Source: Octopus sinensis (Eukaryota). From it: 16,640 nucleotides of DNA. A program made the position numbers and the translations under genes. The stretch lies in contig NW_021825539.1 in NCBI RefSeq assembly GCF_006345805.1, forward strand, positions 1-16,640, given 5' to 3'. A model generated the notes under the pieces. That model did no database searches. It saw only the letters and a program-made list of their open reading frames with translations, and was not told the DNA's origin. This document shows, piece by piece, positions 8,673 to 16,640 of the stretch (positions are counted from its first letter, which is position 1; each line of letters begins with the position of its first letter).

Positions 8673-9584
8673 TTAAGGCGGTGCTCCAGCATGGCCACAG
8701 TCAAATGACTGAAACAAGTAAAAGAATAAAAGAATAATATAATACACACACATACTCACATATATATGTATATGTATGTATGTATACATATATATGCATG
8801 TATATGCATGTATATACACCATACACAAATACATATACATACATACACATATGTGTGCGTGTGTACTGCGCGCGCGTGTGTGTGTGTAAGCAAGGTGTAC
8901 ATTATGGTAATCTAATAGCATTTATGATTTTAATCGAAATCCAAGAAGTCTAACAGAAACGTACAAAAAAGTTACGAAGCCCTTATTACGGAATTATGTA
9001 GAGACTATTAATAAACGATTAGAATTTCTGTTGTTTATATCTTCTGCGAACAGTGAAGAAAAGTGTATCTTAAAAACGCCGCCCGTCCAATGGATGGTGC
9101 TGAATCATATCTGCTGAATAAAAAGCAATCAGTGTTTTCTTTCCATTAAAAAATAATTGAGCATGCTTTTATTTCAATAAAATTTTTGGTTTTGTTAAAC
9201 GAAGTAAGGCAAAAAAAAAAAAATCTTGAGAAACCAAATAGTCTTTCTTCTTCATGTCAAGTTTGAAGAAAATATCTCTTTTGCATCTTACATTTTGGTC
9301 TCTTATATACTGCATTTTGTGGCATTATTCAAAGCCAGCGCTCTTTTTTGCGCAAACTGCACGTGCAATTTTCTCGCGTACGCGTAGTATCGATCGCAAC
9401 AGCTGATGTACTTGTCCGTACAAATGCACGTTCCACGGCTTTATCAATCGCATTCTCACTTGAATTCGATTTTGATTTTTTCAAGAATTATACACGCCCT
9501 GATACCGTCGTATCTACATATCAAATTTGAGCGCAATTGGATGGAGGATGCCCGAGATCCTAGAAGACACCAGACAGAACGGAT

Positions 9585-9643
<59 letters not shown>

Positions 9644-9797
9644 TATATATATATAAATTATATAATAATATATATATATATATTATATATATATATGTAT
9701 GTATACGTATATATATATGTTTACTCCGTAGGCAGAGTTTGACCAACCACCTCCTGCACTTAAAACCGTCATGCATCTGATGTGGCTTTTTAAAGTT
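8671..9797. repeat. Tandem duplication, copy 2 (~1.13 kb)
   Basis: Same order of SINE tail, microsatellite, Helitron and ~80-bp unique end as copy 1, with many 1-bp deletions. Confidence 0.95.
9072..9592 (-). mobile_element. Non-autonomous Helitron, duplicate of 7869-8400
   Basis: Part of the tandem duplication. The hairpin has one substitution and the 5' TC is lost in a TA run. Confidence 0.65.
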
Positions 9798-9970
9798 ATA
9801 TTATTATATATATTATATATAATATATATATATATATTATATATAGATATACATATACATAACATATATATATACATATAAATATATATATATATATAAG
9901 AATACAATATGTATATATATACACACACATACACACATACATATATACACACACACATATGCATATATAC

Positions 9971-10090
9971 GACGGGCTTCTTTCAGCTCCCGACAATCAA
10001 ATCCACTCACAAGGCTTTTGTCGACCCAAGGCCCTAGCAGAAGCCGCTGAACCCGGAACCATGTGGCAGGGAAGAAAACTTCGTACCACA
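9971..10090 (-). mobile_element. CORE-type tRNA SINE (family B) head, internally deleted
   Basis: Homologous to 15455-15590 (TTTCAG..CC...AAAT.CACTCACAAGGCTTT...CTGAACCCGGAACCATG), B-box-like GGTTCCGGGTTCAG, lacks the CCTTGGGCAAG CORE block. Confidence 0.7.
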
Positions 10091-10132
10091 CATACACACA
10101 CACTCACACACGCACACACACGCCCACTCACA

Positions 10133-10163
<31 letters not shown>

Positions 10164-10259
10164 TATTATATATTTGTCAATATTATTTTATTTATCGTTA
10201 ATGATTTATGAGATTCCGTTTTTCTGAGTATATTTATCTCCCAATTTGTTTACTTAAGT

Positions 10260-10560
10260 TTAGATAGTCTTTTATGAGAATTTTGTTTTAAGTGATGTCC
10301 ACCTTCTTTTATGACTACCGCGGCTGCTGTCTCGCTTAATTGATTTTTCTCCAGGTGATATTGATGAACACATCTGTTTCCACCGTATCGATAGTTGCCC
10401 ACGTAACATTTATCTTTATCTTCCTTTTATAAATCCCAGTTATTTTGTCATCGTTATATCTCCGGGAATCTCTTATATTGATAGGTGGTCCCTGGTTGTT
10501 GGTCCCATACACAATATCACTATATTGTTTCATTCCAAGAGTCTATCCCCAGATATTTGT
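10260..10560 (-). pseudogene. Possible ancient, highly decayed RLE-type (R4-like) reverse transcriptase remnant
   Basis: Minus-strand motifs in the expected order across frameshifts: KYLGI (10544-10558), INVTWA (10396-10413), INITW, GHHLK (10286-10300), KRL. They loosely resemble YKYLGI...INTWA...W...HHPK...RLY. The match is weak. Confidence 0.3.
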
Positions 10561-11092
10561 TTCCCTTCTCTATATTTTCTTTCATATTCACACATTTATT
10601 TTCTTTGGTATAGATCTGTTTCAGATTTCGTAGATCGATATTCTATAAGGATGTTATAAAGATTCATTGTTTTGTTTTCATATATCTTTTGTTTACTCTA
10701 GCCTTATCTTTGTGATTTATATTCTCAATGTTTACCGTTTTGACGATATTATTTCTCCTGCTTTTATTTATATTCGTACTTTATTTATTCCCTATTTTTA
10801 TTCTTTTTAAATATTATATATTGATATATCTTTGCTATTTTAAACAGATGTATGCTATGCATATATAGATATATATATACATACAGACAGACATACATAT
10901 ATATATATATATATATATAATATTAAATATATTACATATATTTATATTATATATATATATATGTGATATATATTATATATATATATATGTATATATATAT
11001 GTATATATATATATAATGTATATATAATATAATATATAATACATATTATTTATGTACAAACATAAGTGTGTACATACACTCACACACATATA

Positions 11093-11300
11093 TATTCTTT
11101 TATTAATTTATTTGTTTCAGCCATTTGACTGCTGCCATGCTGGAGCACCACCTTTAGTCGAACAAATCGACCTCAGGACTTATTCTTTGTAAGCCTAGTA
11201 CTTATTCTATCGGTATCTAATGTCGAATCGCTAAGCTATGGTGACATAAACGCACTGACATCGGTTGTCATGCCATGGTGGAGGGGCAAAAACAAACACA
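11093..11300 (-). mobile_element. SINE family B 3' module
   Basis: Collinear with 15225-15438 (CATTTGACTGCTGCCATGCTGGAGCACC...TTTAGTCGAA...GGACTTATT...), followed by a TA/TG microsatellite. Confidence 0.75.
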
Positions 11301-11477
11301 CAAGCCCACACACATATATATATATATGTATATATATTATAGCGTATTTCATATATATATATATATATGTGTGTGTATATGTGTGTATGTGTGTGTGAGT
11401 GTATGTGCATATGTATATATGTATGTATGCATGTATGTATGTATGTGTGTGTTGTATGTATGGATGTATACATACAT

Positions 11478-11856
11478 ATATTAATTTATAAAAATAGGGT
11501 AAAGTAAAATAATTTACTTTACCACACACCGAGCTTTTTAGAAATAGCAGCCAAAAACGTGGCTATTTCTTCCACTGCAAGAAAAGTCTCCAAGACAATG
11601 CATACTCAGAAAGGATGGAAATGTTGGCGCTTAATCCACTAATCCAGAAACAGGCTTGTCCTCGGGTATCTCATATGGATGTGATCTTTCGTTGTTTTTC
11701 CCTTATACCTATGTGAGTTATTTCTGAGTACGCATTTTCTGGGAGACTTTTTCTTGCAGTGGAAGAAATAGCCAAATTTTTGGCTGCTATTTCTAAAAAG
11801 CTCGGTGTGTGGTAAAGTAAATTATTTTACATTACCCTATTTTTATAAAGTAATAT
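11478..11856. mobile_element. MITE-like element with ~128-bp terminal inverted repeats
   Basis: 11485-11612 versus reverse complement of 11721-11849 shows about 6 substitutions and 1 indel. The unique centre is 108 bp. No clear TSD beyond AT-rich flanks. Confidence 0.85.
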
Positions 11857-12100
11857 TTCAAATATATCGTAAATGGTCGTTTTACATACCGAACACTGCT
11901 CGGTCGAATTAATTAATAATTAATTAATTCTACCCTTTTTAATTGACATACATATATTAATATATTAGACGGATATACATATCTATCTTTTCAGTGAAAA
12001 ACTGAAGTCATTTATAAGACCAGGGATATTTTGTCTTCAATAATCATTCTTAATTTAAGCGCAGAAGGTCAGCAAGTTGGAATGCGAAGTATCAGGAGAT

Positions 12101-12270
12101 ACCATCGACCTCCAATACTTGTGTGTAGCTTACTTTAACGATTTCTAAAGGATGAAAGGCAATAACGGCTAAGATGACCTCGGTGAGGCTTGAACTTACA
12201 ATGTAAAGAGCTGGTAGAAATACGGCTAGACTTTTCTTCCGACTATCTAAAGATTCTGGCAACCCGCCAT
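12101..12270 (-). mobile_element. tRNA-derived SINE, family A, diverged
   Basis: AAAGGATGAAAGGCAA, GACCTCGG, TTGAACT, GTAAAGAGC and GATTCTGGCAACCCGCC follow the same order as in 2038-2250. Confidence 0.6.
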
Positions 12271-12291
12271 CTTTAGTATTAGTTTCTAATA

Positions 12292-12492
12292 CAGACTGAA
12301 GGCAGCACATCGGGCAAAAAGCTTTGCGATATTTCGGCTGTCTTTACGTTCTGAATTGAAATTCCGCTCAAATCGATTTCGTCTTCCATCCTTCCGAGGT
12401 CGATAAAATAAGTACCAGTTGAGCACTGGGGTCGATGTAATCGACTTGCCCATTTCACCGAAATCATCGTCCTTGTGCCAATATTTGAAACC
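12292..12492 (+). mobile_element. tRNA-derived SINE, family A (MetaSINE-like)
   Basis: Degenerate B-box CTGAATTGAAATTCCG, central TTCCATCCTTCCGAGGTCGATAAAATAAGTACCAG (12384-12418) resembling the Meta/Sauria-SINE core as I recall it, and 3' GGGGTCGATGTAATCGAC...CCTTGTGCC. Confidence 0.7.
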
Positions 12493-12564
12493 AATGTAGA
12501 CAGAAGACCAGAAATTTGGGTGGAAGGTTTTAGTAGATATCAAATTCAGATGTAATAATGTACT

Positions 12565-12660
12565 AATGTACTTTATTATATCGACCCTGAAAGAATGAGA
12601 AGCAAAGTTGGTCTTAGAAAGATTCAAACTCCGAACGTGAAGATTCCGTGCTCAAATGAT
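12565..12660 (-). mobile_element. SINE family A fragment
   Basis: GTACTTTATTATATCGACCCTGAAAGAATGAGAAGCAAAGT...TTCAAACTCCGAACG. Confidence 0.5.
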
Positions 12661-12729
12661 CCGGCTAATTCACTGTTCTTTCTCTCCCCCAAATTAAACA
12701 AGTATGTCAGTTAGAGTTGATATATATAT

Positions 12730-12931
12730 AAAATGTGACCGTGTGTGTATCGTTGGCAATTTTTTCCTCCGTCTTCCCTTCCTTGGATCATTCCTTTTCC
12801 TATGACGAAGAGCTCCCCTCGAAACTTTAAATCCTCCTTCTTTCTTTCCTTTACTGAGCGTCCAATAACACTGTACTTGTTCCACGTCTCGCGTTGTTGT
12901 GTTTTCTCCTAGTGTTTTCATGTTTGGATTA
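12730..12931 (+). mobile_element. Probable Penelope-like element 3' tail (pLTR fragment)
   Basis: Contains TGACGA-A-GAG-CTCCC-CTC-GAAAC...GAGCGTC, the same architecture as the tail of the Penelope-like element at 15716-16502. It ends in a pyrimidine/T-rich stretch abutting (TA)n. There is no coding evidence. Confidence 0.45.
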
Positions 12932-12932
12932 A

Positions 12933-12975
<43 letters not shown>

Positions 12976-13336
12976 ATTATATATATATATGTATATATGT
13001 ATATATATATATGTATATAATATATTATATCAAGTATAGAATATCAAAAAGCCAATAAAGAATATACCGTGCGATGAAAAAAGAATGATATTAGCCAATG
13101 TTTAATATTTAATTTCCTTGGCATGAATAAGAAACTCTCTACAAATACTTCGACCTCATCTAGTATGCATATACTTTCCAATGCCGAATTAGCGATGAAA
13201 GGAATATTATTAATAAATATCCCAGATGATTATAAATTTGTTAATATAAGAAAATGAAATTGCTTAGAAATCTAAATAATTCAAAAGAGTCATAGAATCG
13301 GCGAATGGCAAATTTTTGGTTCTTGCTCTTTGCACT

Positions 13337-13410
13337 GTTAGTTCTAATCCCGTTAAAGCCAGTTTTGCTTTTCATCCTTACGAGGTCAACAGATAAAGTA
13401 CCAGGATCAG
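13337..13410 (+). mobile_element. SINE family A fragment (a second head fragment lies at ~13530-13585)
   Basis: GTTCTAATCCCG...TTTTGCTTTTCATCCTTACGAGGTCAACAGATAAAGTACCAG. Confidence 0.5.
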
Positions 13411-13846
13411 GTGAACTGCATAGCGTTGTGAGGATAAGAATCGAAACCCATCGCCGTATCTCTTTCCTCCAAGACAACTAATAACTTGTACATCAACTGC
13501 AGAGGATGAAATGAGGTCACTGTGTCTTTAATAGAATATAGCATTTCGCTTGTCTTCATGTTCTGGCTTCAAATTCTGCCAAAATTTGAAATCAATATTT
13601 TTTAAGAATATTTATCCAGTTCAAGGTAAATAGTAAAATATTCTTTAAACTCCAAACCCCAGAAACAGCAGCAACAGAAGGGAAACGAAAATAACAAACG
13701 AAATAATGATACATACGGTATTTCGTACAAATAAGATATAGAGTGAACGGGTATATAAACGGAGTGTAAGGGTGGGAGGAAATTTTAAGGAAACGTAGAT
13801 TTCCATAGTTATTTTTCTTATTATTTTGAGGTTATTGTAATTTCAG

Positions 13847-13949
13847 AATTGGTTGCTAGGCAACCGATATCTGATGCTTAGGATCCACACCTGGGTCGAT
13901 CAATTTCATTATTTATTTCAACCACGCCCTTTACAATACTTTCATTTTG
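13847..13949 (+). other. Candidate 103-nt internal exon (unverified)
   Basis: T-rich tract ending TTTCAG (13841-13846) before it and G|GTAAAG after it. One frame is open (NWLLGNRYLMLRIHTWVDQFHYLFQPRPLQYFHF), but I do not recognise the peptide. Confidence 0.2.
13852..13864. promoter_or_regulatory. Palindromic RFX X-box-like motif GTTGCTAGGCAAC
   Basis: Fits the RFX consensus GTNRCY-N(0-3)-RGYAAC, in apparently non-repetitive sequence. No functional evidence. Confidence 0.35.
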
Positions 13950-14116
13950 GTAAAGTAGTTTTATGCCCTTTTTTTGTTTGTTTCTTTGGTTTAAATTTTA
14001 TACTTAATTGTTTATCTTTTTAATTGTGTCTCCGGTAGGTTAAGTGAAAAAAAATAAACAAAAATAAAGAAGTAACAAAAAATGATTCCAAGACGGAGTA
14101 TCTGTCAACAGTAGAA

Positions 14117-14175
14117 GTAGCAGCAGCAGCAGCCGTAGCAGTAGCTGCTGCAGCTGCTGCAGCTGTAGCAGCAGT
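14117..14175. repeat. Mixed CAG/CTG trinucleotide tract
   Basis: GCAGCAGCAGCAGCC...GCTGCTGCAGCTGCTGCAGCTG. Confidence 0.85.
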
Positions 14176-14298
14176 ATTCGTTGGAAGAAGAAAAAAAGAC
14201 GGAGGTAAAGGAGGAGAACGATGAAAAGGTGAAGGAAGAGAAAGAAGAGCAATGAAAAAAGAAGAGAAGGCAGAGAAAGAGGAGCAAAAGAGTACGAC

Positions 14299-14316
14299 GA
14301 TAATGATGATGATGAA

Positions 14317-14384
<68 letters not shown>

Positions 14385-14385
14385 C
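14299..14385. repeat. (GAT)n microsatellite, preceded by a purine-rich tract
   Basis: Near-perfect GAT run with few variants. Confidence 0.93.
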
Positions 14386-14565
14386 GTCGATGACGTGGAA
14401 GACGACTACGACAGCGGCGACTTGAATACGTCTGCGTTTAGGTTTTTATAGATAAAAGAACTGGTGAACTTTGTGTGATGATACATGCAGTCACACATGC
14501 GCACGTGCAAACACTCACATAATGTATGTTTGTTTGTGTGCTCGCGCGTACTATATATATTTATA

Positions 14566-15119
14566 TCTTATATAAAATCCGTTCTGTCTGTCTGTCTGTG
14601 TGTGTGTCTTCTCGGATCTCGGGCATCCTCCATCTGATTGCGCTCAAATTTGATATGTAGGTACCGACGGTATCAGGGCGTGTATAAGTCTTGAAAAAAT
14701 TACAAAATTCGATTCCAGGTGAGAGTGCGATCGCTAAAGCCGTTTTTGTCTGCTTTTCTTCCGTCGACCTGTACATAACTGCACCTTCCATTTTTTGTTG
14801 TTTTTGTACTACTTAAAAGCACGTTTCTTTCCTGCCAAGCTTACTGTTTAAACCATGTTTGTGTTCTCCCAGTCAACAGCCTTATCATTACTGGTACTTT
14901 AAACTCTTCAGTTGCATATTTGTGTAAATAAAATCGTTTTTCTTTGGAATAGAAAAAAGTCTATCTTATTTCTTCTTTTGCTGGTGTCTCAAAATTAGGT
15001 TAAATCAGTGTTTCTGAAATGGGACGTCTATGGGATGGTCGGATAAGTTGTTTTGAGAAAATTTGGTTTAAATGTTTGACAACTCAGCACCGTCCATTCG
15101 ACGGGGGACGTTTTGCTCG
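14566..15119 (+). mobile_element. Complete non-autonomous Helitron (~554 bp)
   Basis: Inserted between A (14565) and T (15120). It has a 5' TC terminus (TCTTATATAAAATCCG), a (GTCT)n/(GT)n tract near the 5' end, a GC-rich hairpin CCGTC-CATTC-GACGG (15090-15104) and, 11 nt later, a CTCG terminus (15116-15119; canonical CTRR). Confidence 0.8.
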
Positions 15120-15131
15120 TATATATATATA

Positions 15132-15175
<44 letters not shown>

Positions 15176-15224
15176 ATATATATAATATATATATATATAT
15201 ATGGTGTGTGTGTGTGTATGTATC

Positions 15225-15593
15225 ACTTTACACTCTTACACTTTTACTTGCTTCTGTCATTTTGACCTGGCCATGTTGGATCAGCACCTTTTAGTCGAAA
15301 TCGAGCCCGGGACTTATTACTTTTAAGACTGATATTTATTCTATAGGTCACTTTTGTTGAACCGCTACGTTACGGGGATGTAAATACACCAAGATCGGTT
15401 ATCAAGCGATGATGGACGGATAAACAGATGCAAACACAAATATATATATACATTCAGTTTCCGTCTACCAAATGCACTCACAAGGCTTTCGTCGGCTCGA
15501 GGCTGCAGTAGAAGACTCTTGCCCAAGGTGCCACGCAGTGGAACTGAACCCGGAACCATGAGTTTGGGAAGGTTTTCACACAGCATGCCTACG

Positions 15594-15596
<3 letters not shown>
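15225..15596 (-). mobile_element. Near full-length CORE-type tRNA SINE, family B (octopus OR-like)
   Basis: Minus strand: AGGCGTAGGCATGCTGTGTG head, B-box-like GGTTCCGGGTTCAGTTCC, CORE block GTGGCACCTTGGGCAAGAGTCTTCT, short internal TA tract (~15440-15452), then a 3' module matching 11093-11300 and the tails at 7463 and 8673. Confidence 0.8.
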
Positions 15597-15634
<38 letters not shown>

Positions 15635-15640
15635 ATATAT

Positions 15641-15692
<52 letters not shown>

Positions 15693-15715
15693 GTATATAT
15701 ATGTATATATATATA
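15597..15715. repeat. (TA)n microsatellite (similar TA/TG/CA tracts at about 7423-7462, 8401-8520, 8614-8670, 9593-9720, 9798-9970, 10091-10165, 10860-11090, 11305-11477, 12932-13030, 15120-15220)
   Basis: Direct inspection. Confidence 0.93.
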
Positions 15716-16502
15716 GGGAGAATTCACAAAAAACAAAAGACGAAGACAGGTGTGTAGATAACAAAAAGATGTATTAGTTTAACGCTCGGGAAGTGAAAAA
15801 GGCTTTAACGTTTAGAGTTTACGCTCTTCAACAGAAAGGAACACAGAAAGAACCAAGGAGAGAAAATAAAGAATGTATAATGGTTAGCGATCTAGCATGC
15901 CGAATGCCGGACAGAGGGGTTACACAGGAAAGCTAGGAAGAAGAGGAAATAATAAAGTAGTGGTGATCCTAAAACAAAGGTGCGCGTGCGTGTGTATAAG
16001 AGAGCATGTATGTGCGTGTGGAAGAGGGCTGGTGACCTTAACGTGTACGTGTGTGCGTGTGTAGCTATGTGGATGATGGTGTCGGGCTGGTTAGTGCTAG
16101 TATGTGCATGACGGTGTGATGTGATGTGGTGTTGTGTGGTATGGTGATGTGTGTTGTGGTGTGGTGGTGTTGGAATGTTGGGGAGGCGAGTGTGTGTAAA
16201 GCAAGGATGGGGTGTGGGTTAAGCTGAGGGTGGGGGTAGAGGTGGGGTATGTGGGAGTGGGTGTAAGGGATGGGGTGGGATGGATAGGAAAGGTGTGGTT
16301 GGATTGTGTAGGGGTGAGGTTACGAGGGCGGGGTGACGATGATGAGAGGGGGAAGGGAGAATGTGGGGAGAGTAGAGGGAAAGAAGGGTTGAGCCCATGT
16401 GGCGCAAAGGAGCGAAGAGAGAAGATTAATCCCTGTTCACGGCGAAAATGGTAGCTCGGAAGGCTCCTGTGCAAGGACAATCCGAAGAAAGGACAATCCG
16501 AA
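15716..16502 (-). mobile_element. 5'-truncated Penelope-like retroelement (GIY-YIG C-terminus plus 3' UTR/pLTR)
   Basis: Minus-strand peptide FGLSLHRSLPSYHFRREQGLIFSLRSFAPHGLN (~16388-16486) fits the R..E..LI..L....P.GLN end of PLE GIY-YIG domains. It is followed by a C/A-rich low-complexity UTR and a GAAGAGC...AAACGT tail abutting (TA)n. Confidence 0.7.
15771..15844 (-). ncRNA. Degenerate type I hammerhead-ribozyme-like motif in the Penelope tail
   Basis: Stem I GUGUUCCUUU/AAACUAAUAC (8/10 pairs), CUGUUGA (15834-15828), stem II GAG/CUC, UAAA in place of GAAA, stem III ACGU/GCGU, and GUU as the NUH triplet. Two core positions deviate. Confidence 0.45.
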
Positions 16503-16640
16503 CTGAATATAATATATATATCATAATGATATTTATTCTCCGATTTGAAGCGACCATTTTTACATATAAACAAATGACTGAAAATGATGAGCTAACCTCA
16601 GGCAGAATCGAACGCACAAATCGACGCTTTCATGGCTCAC

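Noticed and set aside
8209-9780. ORFs 8209..8676, 9406..9780 and 14561..14791 sharing the peptide [23 protein letters not shown]
   Set aside because: This is the antisense reading of the shared Helitron 5' head plus (TA)n. The similarity reflects DNA repeat homology, not a gene.
14233-14450. Open frame encoding a basic then poly-Asp peptide, plus nearby poly-Ala/Ser frames
   Set aside because: No ATG or convincing splice sites, upstream frames are closed by stops, and it is fully explained by purine-rich and (GAT)n/(CAG)n low complexity.
16097-16370. Pro/Thr/His-rich C-terminal part of ORF 16097..16573
   Set aside because: It is low-complexity UTR read through after the GIY-YIG-like end. 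Only the ~16370-16502 part has protein-family resemblance.

Overview
Eukaryotic, very AT-rich, repeat-saturated DNA with no recognisable intact cellular gene. The SINE families and microsatellite load look like an octopus/cephalopod genome (my recognition, not a database result). Main content: (1) 771-6305 is an (AAT)n field holding a 5'-truncated, dead R4/Dong-clade non-LTR retrotransposon (5187-6185), three co-oriented copies of a ~555-bp non-coding element with a common 3' end and staggered 5' ends, and three ~60-nt mini-units. (2) Many tRNA-derived SINEs of two families. (3) Rolling-circle-type non-autonomous elements: a HINE-like element at 1-380 and Helitrons at 14566-15119, 7869-8400 and 9072-9592. 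(4) Two long foldback/MITE-like elements at 6850-7249 and 11478-11856. (5) A ~1.2-kb tandem duplication whose second copy is enriched in single-base deletions, possibly an assembly artefact. (6) Penelope-like 3' ends at 15716-16502 and 12730-12931, each with a degenerate hammerhead-ribozyme-like motif. Nearly all ORFs in the supplied track are microsatellite translations. Coordinates were counted by hand and boundaries of degenerate repeats are approximate.
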